Positions 37,226 to 49,099 of a stretch of DNA of 64,000 bases are shown here, one piece after another. The DNA is from Octopus sinensis. Lineage: Eukaryota. The stretch spans positions 7,874,001 to 7,938,000 of the forward strand of contig NC_043010.1 of the NCBI RefSeq assembly GCF_006345805.1, given 5' to 3'. The notes under the pieces were generated by a model. It ran no database searches and was not told the DNA's origin. It was given only the letters and a program-made list of their open reading frames with translations. Made by a program: the position numbers and the translations under genes. The first letter of the stretch is position 1. Each line of letters begins with the position of its first letter.

Positions 37226-37350
37226 ATACATACATACATACATACATACATACATGCATACATGCATGCATAAATACATACATACATACATACACATACA
37301 TACATAAATACATAAATACATACATACATACATACATACACACACACACA

Positions 37351-37895
37351 TCTCTTATTATAAAAGGCAGATTTTATCTGCCTCCCTTTGTAACTTATAG
37401 AAATCTACAATATAGGATTTCTTCAATTACAATTTACCTAGCATTTTTAAGAGTAGAATGCATCGGGTCATGCCAGGTCCAGTTTTTAAAATTTAAACTC
37501 CAATTAAGCAAAATTTACAGAAAACTCACATTTTGGTGTGTATGTCAAATGCTTTTCTTAATGTGGTTTACACCACACGCACACGCACACACACAGTGTG
37601 CAACAAATAATGAAAGTAAATAGCGACAGAGTGATTTGAGGAAGACTAAACTGAAAGTATTTAAACCACTACTCAAAAAATAAAAAAACACAGCAAACAG
37701 AAACAAATAAATACATAACGATTTACTCCTCACACAATTTCTTCAATTAGAGTTTACCTAAGATTTTTCAAAGTACTCCATTCGGTCATGCCATAATATA
37801 TTTCTTTCAATTTCACCCCCAATTAAGACAAAATTCGAGAAAACTCAATATTTTAACATTTCACTCCGAAAGCATTGATGTACATGTGTGCGTGC

Positions 37896-37938
<43 letters not shown>

Positions 37939-39024
37939 ATGGGTTGTGCAACACAGAAAGTGTGGTGTGTAAGTGAAGTGCTTTTGTTAGTGTGTGTAAA
38001 GAGACAGACAGAGTGAAAGACAGAAATAACTGAACTTTTTTTATTCACTTTTTGTAGTGAGTGACTGAGAGAGAAAAGAGAGAGAGAGGTTATGTATGTA
38101 TATATGTATGTATGGCTTCAGTGACACACACACACAAAAATACATACCTACGTACACCTAAAGCACGCACACACACACACACAAGCGGAGCGCGAACTTC
38201 AAAATTTTGGTAGTATTAATTTGCGAGCGTACTTCTAAGTGCATGTAATTGAAAGTTTTCACTATGATATCATCACGTGCGAAAAAATTCGAAGGGTTTT
38301 GAACAATTGACATACAGATGTCACGCCTGTATTGAAACCATTGCTAAGCTGCCGTAATTGCTTAATTAAGACTTTGTTTAAATTGAAAGGGGCAAATATG
38401 TGACGAGGTTGAAAAAAAATACCCCAGAAAAAAAAATGTACTGCTGGTATTTATATAATTCACTACTATTTTGCTACAATGTCATGAAAAAGAAAAAATT
38501 TAGGTATGTAAATCGAATTCGCCACCCCCTTTTCCCTGTTCGCGTTTGTGTAAAAAAAATTATTATTTAAGTTTTAAAAATTATTTACTTTGTTCAAAAA
38601 ATATTAATATTAATTAATTTTCAAGAATTATTTAATTTTATTCTGTAAAATAGTAATTAATATATTTATCTGTAAATCCGCGAGGTTATTACTCAGGCAC
38701 CTAGAATGGTAACCTTCAACTAACACTATCTCCTCCGAGACCCTGCGGCGCAAGTTGACCAAATTGAGAGTATGGTAGAAGAAGGGTTGCTCTTCCTTCC
38801 GTAGAACATAAAATTCAAATCGGACCATGTTAACACCAAAAATTATTTACATCAAAAAGATGCTTTTTTCTATGAAAATCCCTATTTTTTACGATTTTTT
38901 CACTGCTGTGTCGCCACTTTTCGGTGTATTTCGACCAGAAAAATGTTCACAAAATTTTTACTTTTCAAAATTACAATTCCAGCGGGTCGAAACAAACCCG
39001 AGCAACGCCGGGCGATACTGCTAG
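37351..39024 (+). mobile_element. Non-autonomous Helitron, long family, inserted in (CATA)n
   Basis: A|TCTCTTATTATAAAAGGC ... CCCGAGCAACGCCGGG cgatactg CTAG|T; no TSD; microsatellite continues on both sides. Confidence 0.8.
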
Positions 39025-39605
39025 TACATGCATAAATACATACATACATACATACATAAATACATACATATACATACATACATGCATACATACATGCATA
39101 CATACATACACACATACATACATAAATACATACATACATACATACATAAATACATACATATACATACATACATACATACATACATACATGCATACATACA
39201 TACATACATACATACATAAATACATACATAAATACATACATATACATACATACATACATACATACATACATGCATGCATACATACTTACATACATACATA
39301 CATACATACATACATGCATGCATGCATACATACATTTGCACAAACACACAAGCACACACACAGCTATATTAGTCTGTGTCTTTAATTATCTGCAATGAAC
39401 TTTCTTTTTTTTTATTAGCTGAGAAACTAACAGTGCAGGCCTCACTAAACCAGGTCTACCTCTAGTTACAATGGTTTAGCTCTGAATTCAAAATATCAAT
39501 TAATTTATTGAAGTTATGCAGTATCCATGACTACTCTGCTTTCTGTTTTACTCCAAAATGAGCAGCATTCAATTTTTATATAAATTTAATACGTGTTGTA
39601 TACTC

Positions 39606-40018
39606 TCTCTTTTACTCTTTTACTCTTTTACTTGTTTCAGTCATTTGACTGTGGCCATGCTGGAGCACCGCCTTTAATCGAGCAACTCGACCCCAGGACT
39701 TATTCTTTTGTAAGCCCAGTACTTATTCTATCGGTCTCTTTTGCTGAACCGCTAAGTAACGGGGACATGAACACACCAGCATCGGTTGTCAAGCAATGCT
39801 AGGGGGACAAACACAGACACACAAACACACACACGCATATATATATACATATATATGACGGGCTTCTTTCAGTTTCCGTCTACCAAATCCACTCACAAGG
39901 CTTTGGTCGGCCCGAGGCTATAGTAGAAGACACTTGCCCAAGGTGCCACGTAGTGGGACTGAACCCGGAACCATGTGGTTGGTAAGCAAGCTACTTACCA
40001 TACAGCCACTCCTGTGCC
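39606..40018 (-). mobile_element. SINE family A, full length
   Basis: Reverse complement of 4201-4616. Confidence 0.9.
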
Positions 40019-40070
40019 TGTATAAGGATATAATTTTTCAGTATTATATCATTACTGAAGGTAAGGATAT

Positions 40071-40113
40071 AATAAGGTACACAAATAGACTCAGTCTATT
40101 TGTGTACCTTATT
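40071..40113. repeat. Perfect 21-bp-arm hairpin
   Basis: aataaggtacacaaatagact-c-agtctatttgtgtaccttatt. Confidence 0.95.
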
Positions 40114-40509
40114 CGTTATGTATTTACAAAAACATTTTAGAACTACTGAGAGATTAATTGCATAATGCACTATTTCAATTGTTGGTCTATGAAAATTTAT
40201 AGTTTTTTTTTTTTATAATGTCTTCGAATGAAACAAACAAAACGTTTCCATACTGAACTGATGAAAGCTTTTGATGGATTTCAAAACCCAATACATTTCA
40301 GCCTGTGGAAAGCAGATCACTAAATACTGCTTTTATTTGTAAGAAAGAAAAGCAAAGCAGTTGTGATGAATGTAATAACAATGAATACAAATGATATCCA
40401 AAGTGAAATTTCAAATTAAAATAGCGACTGTATTAACAAGAGGGATATTCTTCTTAATACAAGGTCTGGCAATGCATACACATTTAATTTTCCTGCCAGT
40501 AATAGAAAA

Positions 40510-41765
40510 TTACATTGGACATAGGGTATAAAAGTTATGGAGAGATTTATTGCCCAAATAATTAGGAACAGAATTAGACCAGATGAGATGTAGTTTGGCT
40601 TTTGTGTCAGGGAGAAACTCTATCAATGCCATCTCCTTAGTCAGACAACTGAAGGCAAAGTATTTAGCTCAGAGTAAACAATTGTACTCAGCATTCATTG
40701 ACATAGAGAAAGCTTTCAGCAGAGTCCCTTACTTCATGATCTGATAGTCTCTGGGGAAGTAGGGGTTGATGAATAACTCATGAAAGCCGAACAAGCCATG
40801 TACAGGAATGCTAGGTAGGAGGTCTATTGAACTTGGCTCTCATTTCCCCCCTATTCCTGATTGTGCCCCAGGCTAAAACAAACAAAATCTCCTGGGAGCT
40901 GTTATATATTTGATTATCTCATTCTCACTGTGGAATCTGTAATAGAATTAGAAATGGAATTCCAGGTATGGAAGCAAAAAAAAAAACCTGAAATCAAAGG
41001 ACTTAAAAGTTAACTTACAGAAGACTAAAGTTCTAGTAAGCCGGAAAACTGATAAGACTCTATTCTCTTCTGGTAAATGATTCTGCTAGATATGCTGGAA
41101 ATGTGTAGGCAGGAATTCCATAGAGTGTATAAAGTGCAAGCTGTGAACGCACAAGAAGTGCAGTGGAATCACAGAAAGGTTAATTGAGGAAGTAGAGCTT
41201 ACATGTGAAAGATATGCAGGTGTAGTAAAACCAAGGATACACAGTAAATAGATTTTCTTGAATGCCCTAGAGGCTCCCTTGAGGTAGTAAACATTTTCTT
41301 ATTTATTTATTGCCCACAAGGGGCTAAACATAGAGGGGACAAACAAGGACAGACAAACGGATTAAGTCGATTACATCGACCCCAGTGCGTAACTGGTACT
41401 TAATTTATCGACCCCGAAAGGATGAAGGGCAAAGTCGACCTCGGCGGAATTTGAACTCAGAACGTAACGGCAGACGAAATACGGCTACGCATTTCGCCCG
41501 GTGTGCTAACGTTTCCGCCAGCTCAGTGCCTAATAGTAGTGAACATTTTCTGTTACCTCTGAGACCTAATTAGACCTAATGGCAGAAAATGCTCTGAGAG
41601 TGTAGTTGCTAGAATAAGAAAAGGGATGGAGAAAGTTCAATGAGTTATTTACTTCTGTTGCTAACCAAAGTCTCTCACTCAGCATGAAAGGCAGATTGTG
41701 TGAGGCCTGTGTACAAACAGCAATGTTACACGGTGGTGACACTTGGGCTGTGAATGCAGAGTGTC
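40510..41765 (+). pseudogene. Heavily degenerate RTE LINE reverse transcriptase region, interrupted by SINE B (41300-41525, minus)
   Basis: Broken frames give KVMERFIAQIIR, AFIDIEKAFSRVP, PWELLY, KVNLQKTKVLV, CSESVVARIR, CVQTAMLHGGDTWAV; SINE flanked by gtagt(a/g)aacattttct duplication. Confidence 0.8.
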
Positions 41766-41904
41766 TTATATTAGACCTTTGTTTTTATGTTTGTCTCTCA
41801 TCACCAAACAGTTGATGTTGGTTCTTTTATGTATCTTCCTGTAACTTACTGCTTCAGGTAAAAGAAACTGATACAATAAGTACCAAACTTAAAATAAGTA
41901 CTGC

Positions 41905-42067
41905 AGTACATTATTTACATTATTTACATTATTTACAATTGATGGATATTTGTCCTCATCTTGTTTGTTGTTAACACAACGCTTCGGCTGATATACCCTC
42001 CAGCCTTCATCAGGTGTCTTGGGGAAATTTTGAACCTGGGTTCTCATTCCTAAGGTATTTTTCGATG

Positions 42068-42070
<3 letters not shown>
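41905..42070 (-). mobile_element. Penelope-like terminus with hammerhead (41973-42018, A15.1 to G)
   Basis: gacac CTGATGA a GGCTG gagggtatat CAGCC GAAG CG TT gtgtt. Confidence 0.7.
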
Positions 42071-42126
<56 letters not shown>

Positions 42127-42134
42127 GTTATTAC

Positions 42135-42189
<55 letters not shown>

Positions 42190-42197
42190 GTTATTAC

Positions 42198-42237
<40 letters not shown>

Positions 42238-42245
42238 GTTATTAC

Positions 42246-42294
<49 letters not shown>

Positions 42295-42302
42295 GTTATT
42301 AC

Positions 42303-42339
<37 letters not shown>

Positions 42340-42340
42340 T
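42070..42340. repeat. (TAT)n microsatellite
   Basis: Direct inspection. Confidence 0.95.
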
Positions 42341-42569
42341 TTCGATGTCGTTGTTATTATTATTAGTATTCCAAGTTCGATTCCACTGCCTGAAATCAAA
42401 CTCGGAATTTTGGGATTGATTACAAGACTAGTGGCAGTGCTCCAGCAAGGCCACAACCCATTGCCTGGAACTGGTGAAAGAAATGGTAATAGTGAGGTAG
42501 ACCCATCCAATACATGCCAGCACATTGGGAAAGAGAGATAAAATTACTATGTATCAATATGATGGTAAT

Positions 42570-42960
42570 GGGGATGATAATGGTGGTGGCTGTGGTGCTG
42601 GTGGTGATGATGATGACGACAAAGACAACAAGGGCAATGGTGGTGGCACCAGTTGTGGAAGAAATCATGAGGAGGAGGATGGTGATGGTGGTGGTGGCGA
42701 TGGTGGTGGTGGTGGTTGGTGGTGGTGGCAGTGGTGGTGATGATGGTGGTGGTGGTGGTGATAGTGGTGGTGTTGACGGTGGTGGTGGTGGTGGTGTTGA
42801 CGGTGGTGGTGGTGGTGGTGGTAGTGGTGGTGGTGGTGGTGGTGGTGACGGTGGTGGTGGTGGTGGTGATGGTGGTGGTGGTGGAGATGGTGGTGGTGGT
42901 GGTAGTGGTAGTGGTGGTGGTGGTGGTAGTGGTGGTGGTGGTGGTGGTGGATGTGGTGAC
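42570..42960. repeat. (GGT)n microsatellite, imperfect
   Basis: Direct inspection. Confidence 0.95.
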
Positions 42961-43599
42961 AGTGGCGGCAGTACATAATATGGAAAACAGTTATAATGAG
43001 ATGGATGCACATTTACATTAGATCTAAAGAGTAGAGAAGCTGGACAGAGGAAGAAGAACACAAGAGAAGGTATGGATTGAAATGAAAAACTGCGTAAGAC
43101 AAGCAGAGTATGGTTACAGCTTAACCCTAGGTTCACACGTAATTGAGCAGATCTATTTAGGGAGCAGTTTTGTTCAGAGATACGTGGGCAAGTCTGGAAC
43201 AATAGCGTCCCTAGTAATAACAGTAAAAAATTAAAAAAAAAAACAAAATAAAAAATAGAAATGGTAACACCTTGTTAGCAAAATGTGACAATATATCTGG
43301 GGTCGAGAAAAAATATTGTTTCTGTAAATATCAAAGTTATTTTAGCTGATGTATCTCACTTGAGCTTTGATTATATATATGGATGTGACATCAGAATTCA
43401 TCCAAAAACAAATATTGTCTTTGATCTTGGAATGACTGTAAAGTTAGCAGGAATATACTCCTGAAGCAAAAAGATTTCAAACATTGCTTTGATAGAAAAT
43501 ATGAAAACAAAAAAAGTTACTTGAAGCTTTACAAGTTGACCATAAAGAAAAATATAGTCACGAGAAATAATATATATATTCTGTATTATTGCCTTTTCT

Positions 43600-43616
43600 A
43601 GTTGTGTGCGTGTATC

Positions 43617-43647
<31 letters not shown>

Positions 43648-44635
43648 GTGTGTGTGTGCGTGTGTGCACGAGTGCGTGCATGAGTGCATGCACGAGTGTG
43701 TGCATGTGTACGTGAGTGAGTGTATGCATGTGTGAGGGTATATATGTATGTATACATGTATGTATAATGCATTATGTATGCATGTATGAATTTTTGCATT
43801 ATGCATTATGTGTATACGTATGTATGTATATATATGGATATATGCATGCATGTATGTAGTATGTATGTGTGTGTATGCATGTATGTATGTATGTTTCTGT
43901 ATGTATATGTATGTATATATGCATTATGCATTTTGTGCATATGTGTGTATGTATATATATATGTATATATGCATGTATGTATGTAGTATGTATGTGTGTA
44001 TGCATGTATGTATGTTTCTGTATGTGTATGTATGTATATATGCATTATGCATTTTGTGTATACGTATGTATGTATATATTGATATATGCATGCATGTATG
44101 TAGTATGTATGTGTGTGTATGCATGTATGTATGTTTCTGTATGGTGTATGTATGTATATGTATGTATCTATATATGCATTATGCGTTATGTATGTATGTA
44201 TATATGCATTATGCATTTTGTGCATACGTGTGTATGTATATATGGATATATATACATACATATGCATGTATATATATACATATGCATGTATTAGTATGTA
44301 TGTGTGTATGCATGTATATGTTTCTGTATGTGTATGTAGTTATGTATATGTATGTATGTATATATGCATTATGTGTATATATGTGTATGTATATATGGAT
44401 ATATACATGCATGTATGTAGTATGTATGTATGTGTATGCATGTATGTATGTTTCTGTATTGTGTATGTATATTTGCATTATGCATTTTGTGTATACGTGT
44501 GTATGTATATATGGATATATGCATGTATGTAGTATGTATATGTGTATGTGTATGTATGTATGTATGTTTTTGTATGCGTATGTACACATGTGTGTGCATG
44601 TATATATATACTTGCATGTGTGTATATATGCATTA
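43600..44635. repeat. TG/TA microsatellite with ~120-bp higher-order period
   Basis: Markers gcattatgcattttgtg and gtttctgt recur at roughly 120-bp spacing. Confidence 0.8.
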
Positions 44636-45002
44636 AAAACAGTTAAGAATAGGACCCTAATCTTTTTTTCTTTTGCTACTTTCAGACAAACTGCAATTAC
44701 GCTAGGGTGTGGTCTTGTAAACGTTTATAGTTAATGAGTATGACATCAATACTTATTTCTGTCCAATACTTATATAATCGATATCTATGCATCAAATAGC
44801 AAGGTTATATAATGGATTAAGGAATAAAAGGATGTTGCCTGCTTCAGTGAATGCAAACATACACACACACACACACACAACTTTTTATCAGTTTGTATTT
44901 CAGAGTTCTTTCCCTTGTTTTGACAAGAATTATCAATGATGCTGATTTTTTTCATTGTAAATGTAATCTTAACTGGTGCATATTTTCCATTTTACCTTTT
45001 AT

Positions 45003-45474
45003 CCCTTTCGTTACCAACCCGGCCAAAACCGCCTCTGGCTCTGTAGTACAAATGTCTTGTTTTCTTAAGTTTTGAATCAAAATCTTCCCCCAAATCTTAG
45101 TCACATTTTATGTTACTAACACTAGCTGAATGATAACTGAGTTATTTTACTAAATTCTTTGTTATATTTAAAGTAATTGAAAGAAACACAGAACATCTCA
45201 ACAGAAATAGGGTAACAAAAGGGTTAAAATATATAATGGAGAAACAATTCTTAACCCTTTTCATACCAACTTGGCTGAAACCACCTCTGGCTCTGTAGTA
45301 CAAATGTCTTGTTTTCATAAGTTTTGAATCAAAATCTTCCATTAAACCTTAGTCACAATTTACATTCCTAACACTAGCTGAATGATAACAGAGATATTTT
45401 ACTAAATTCTTTGTTATATTTAAAGTAATTGAAAGAAACACAGAACATCTCAAAATAAATACAGTAACGAAAGG
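45003..45474. mobile_element. Two adjacent direct copies of piggyBac-type MITE P1
   Basis: ccctttcgttacc...aaagggttaa (45003-45223) and ttaacccttttc...gaaagggtta (45256-45474). Confidence 0.8.
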
Positions 45475-45644
45475 GTTATATATTTTCTCAATGGATCAAG
45501 TATATTAGCCCTTCACTATAGTTTCCATCTATCAAGTCCCACTCATGAAGTATTGGTAAACTCAAAGATACAATGAAAATACTCTTGCATAACCTGCCAT
45601 ACAATGGGACTGAACCCTGAAGCTTGTAATTGCAAAGCAAGCTT

Positions 45645-46064
45645 ACTCTTTCTCTTTTACTCTTTTACTTGTTTCAGTCATTTGACTGCGGCCATGCTGG
45701 AGCACCGCCTTTAGTCGAGCAAATCGACCCCGGGACTTATTCTTTGTAAGCCCAGTACTTATTCTATCAGTCTCTTTTTGCCGAACCGCTAAGTGACGGG
45801 GACGTAAACACACCAGCATCGGTTGTCAAGCAATGCTAGGGAGACAAACACAGACACACAAACATATACACACACATACATATATATATACACATATATA
45901 CGACAGGCTTCTTTCAGTTTCCGTCTACCAAATCCATTCACAAGGCATTGGTCGGCCCGGGGCTATAGCAGAAGACACTTGCCCAAGATGCCACGCAGTG
46001 GGACTGAACCCGGAACCATGTGGTTGGTTAGCAAGCTACTTACCACACAGCCACTCCTGCGCCT
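45645..46064 (-). mobile_element. SINE family A, full length
   Basis: Reverse complement of 4201-4616. Confidence 0.9.
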
Positions 46065-46581
46065 GCATGAAAAATATAAATAAATTGATCAAATTATTTC
46101 AACAAGTGTTTGCTAAGCAAATTTTTTTATCAATTAATTGATGTGGATAGTCATAAAACAACAATAATGACTAAACAATGAAGTTATTGATCATGTCCAA
46201 TAACAGCATCATTTTATCACCCAAAGAATCTTACTTTTTCCTTACAGACCAGACAAAATAAATAAATAGGAAAGAAAAATCAAGATAAAATTCTAATATA
46301 CATTTTAATAAGTTTTATAGATATTTCTGAACAAGCAGTCTGTGTTTATATTTATGATATAAAAAAATGATTTCTCACAAAATTAGGAGGAGGTGGAGCA
46401 TAGACAATTACATTGATATCTGCACGTTATTTTTAACCAATTAGTCAGGAAGGGAAGAATGACTCTCATGTGTCCATTCTATTTTCCCCTGGTTTCCATG
46501 ACAAGTGAAAGGAAGGGAGTAAGTTATCTGTAAGCCAGAGGCTTGACCCAAATGCTAACCTAGCATATATATATATATATA

Positions 46582-46811
46582 TATTTCTTTATTAGCCACA
46601 AGGGGATAAACATAGAGGGGACAAACAAGGACAGACAAAGGGATTAAGTCAATTACATCGACTCCAGTGCAAAACTGGTACTTTATTTATCGACCCTGAA
46701 AGGATGAAAGGCAAAGTCGACCTCGGTGGAATTTGAACTTAGAACGTAATGACAGATGAAATACTGCAAAGCATTTCGACCAGCGCACTAACGTGTCTGT
46801 CAGCTCACCGC
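46582..46811 (-). mobile_element. SINE family B monomer
   Basis: Reverse complement of 35073-35305. Confidence 0.85.
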
Positions 46812-46854
<43 letters not shown>

Positions 46855-46914
46855 TATAAACATACATACATATATGTGTGCGTATGTATACATATATATT
46901 TATATGTATCAGCA

Positions 46915-47270
46915 GCAGCATCATCATCATCATCATCATTTAACATCCGTTGTCAATGCTGGCATGGGTTGGGCAGTTTGACTAGGGCTGGCAAGCTAGA
47001 AGGCTGCTCCAGACTCCAGTCTGTTTTAGCATGGTTTCTGTGGTTGGATGCCCTTCCTAACACCAACCACTGTGACACTGGTATCTGCAGGTTTTCCTAG
47101 CTTCATGGATCTTTCTCGCAAGCACAGCATAATGCCAAATGGACTCAGACATTGCCTCCATGAAGCCCAATGATTGAAGCATGGCAAAATGCCAAAAGGG
47201 TCTCGGTCCTTGCCTACGTGAGGTGCAACATTCAAAAGGTACTTTTACATGCCACCGGTAGGGGTGACAT
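46915..47270 (-). mobile_element. RTE LINE 3' fragment
   Basis: (CAT)n tttaacatccg...ggatgcccttcctaacaccaaccac. Confidence 0.7.
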
Positions 47271-47283
47271 TTGTGTGACACCG

Positions 47284-47316
<33 letters not shown>

Positions 47317-47319
47317 CCA

Positions 47320-47485
47320 GCTACTAAAGCTTTCTTTTCTTTTATTCTCTCTCTGTTTATTTTCTCATGTTCCTTTCTGCTGAAGAGCATAGGCTCGAAA
47401 TGTAAACGACTTTCTCACCTTCCCGAGTGTTAAACTAATACACCTGTTTGTTGTTTGCACACCTGTCTTCATCTTATATATTTTT
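47320..47485 (+). mobile_element. Penelope-like terminus with A6-variant hammerhead (47373-47408)
   Basis: cttt CTGCTGA a GAGC atag GCTC GAAA TG TA aac. Confidence 0.55.
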
Positions 47486-47487
47486 GT

Positions 47488-47890
47488 GAGTGGCTGTGTG
47501 GTAAGTAGCTTGCTAACCAACCACATGGTTCCAGGTTCAGTCCCACTGTGTGGCATCTTGGGCAAGTGTCTTCTGCTATAGCCCCGGGCCGACCAATGCC
47601 TTGTAAGTGGATTTGGTAGACAGAAACTAAAAGAAGCCTGTCGTATATATGTATATATATATATATATGAATGTGTGTGTGTGTGTTTGTGTGTCTGTGT
47701 TTGTCTCCCTAGCATTGCTTGACAACCGATGCTGGTGTGTTTACGTCTCCGTCACTTAGCGGTTCGGCAAAAGAGACCGATAGGATAAGTACTGAGCTTA
47801 CAAAGAATAAGTTTTGGGGTAGATTTGCTCGACTAAAGGCGGTGCTCCAGCATGGCCACAGTCAAATGACTGAAACAAGTAAAAGAGTAA
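47488..47890 (+). mobile_element. SINE family A
   Basis: gagtggctgtgtggtaag...gtaaaagagtaaag. Confidence 0.9.
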
Positions 47891-47925
47891 AGAATATATA
47901 TATATGTGTGTGTGTGTGTGTGAGT

Positions 47926-48812
47926 GTGGTCTGATCAATAAGTATCCAGACTGTTGCTATAGTAACAAAGCTAAAGCATGCAGAGTGAAGCTGTTGGGCA
48001 CAGATTGACATTGAACTCTGCTGTGCATGTGCACTAGGTTTTAATGTTCTAGCTCACGTCTGCTGTTTACAGCAGTGCTTGGAAGGAAGGTGTGTAGTGT
48101 GTGATCATCACAATGACTATGATAGGGAAAGTTGAGCAGAGTATCTGTATCAAATCTTACCAAAAACTTGGCAATAATTACTCTGAGGCCTATGCAAATT
48201 TTTCAAAAAGTTTTCGTTGTTCTTGACACAATCAGGGAGATCTTGTGCAACTGAAACCCAACTGTCCTTTTGGTCAGCTGAAAGCAGTTTTGGCACAATC
48301 TTGGCAGACACACGGCTCATACCCATATTTTCAATGATAATGAACTTAACAGTAACTAATCTGCACATCCTTTGATAACTCATGGATAGCGATTTGACGA
48401 TTTCTCTTCACAGCTGCCCACACATCTGCAATGTTTTTCTCAGTTCTGCTGGTTGCAGGTCTCCCAGAATGTTCATCAATATCAACATTTTTCTGACCAT
48501 CTTCTAATCATCTGAACCACTTGTAGACTTGTGTGTGGCTCGTACCCTCCTCTCCATACACTTTCTACAACATTGTGTAAGCCTCTGAGCAGGTATCACC
48601 ATGATAACTTTCTCATGGTCAATGAGACGATTACATGCTACACACCTTCCTTCCAAGCATTGCTGTAAACAGCGGAAGTGAGCTAGAATGTTAAAACTTA
48701 GTGCCCATGCACAGCAAAGTTCATGGTCAATCTGTGCCAATCTGAGCTTCACTCTGCATGCTTTAGCTTCATTACTATGGCAACAGTCTTGATGCTTATT
48801 AATCAGACCTCG
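47926..48812 (-). mobile_element. mariner derivative made of two inward-facing 5' ends; broken transposase N-terminus on minus strand
   Basis: Minus: GDTCSEAY...VYKWFR...DEHSGRP...; MGMSRVSAKIVPKLLSADQK...FLK; plus: MIGKVEQSICIK...; right end TA|CGAGGTCTGA. Confidence 0.85.
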
Positions 48813-48867
48813 TATACAGCAGATTTGCATGTTTCTATCTATCAAGTTCACCCACATGGTATAGCCC

Positions 48868-49099
48868 AAGCAGTGAGCTGGCAGAAACATTAGCACGCTG
48901 GGTGAAATGCTTAGCGGTATTTCGTCTGCCGTTATGTTCTGAGTTCAAATTCCGCCGAGGTCGACTTTGCCTTTCATCCTTCCGGGGTCAATAAATTAAG
49001 TACCAGTTACACACTGGGGTCAATGTAGTCGACTTAATCTGTCTGTCTGTCCTTGTTTGTCCCCTCTGTGTTTAGCCCCTTGTGGGCAGTAAAGAAATA
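48868..49099 (+). mobile_element. SINE family B monomer
   Basis: Matches 35073-35305. Confidence 0.9.

Noticed and set aside
42514-43202. Long poly-Gly/Pro/His/Val ORFs, and similar poly-Asn/Leu (42010-42541), poly-Asp/His (24063-24439) and poly-Ser (10574-10786) ORFs
   Set aside because: Open on several frames and both strands because they are trinucleotide microsatellites; no flanking coding context.
43380-43545. Frame with three TGAs (possible NUMT or code-4 insert)
   Set aside because: Reading TGA as Trp gives no recognisable mitochondrial or bacterial protein.
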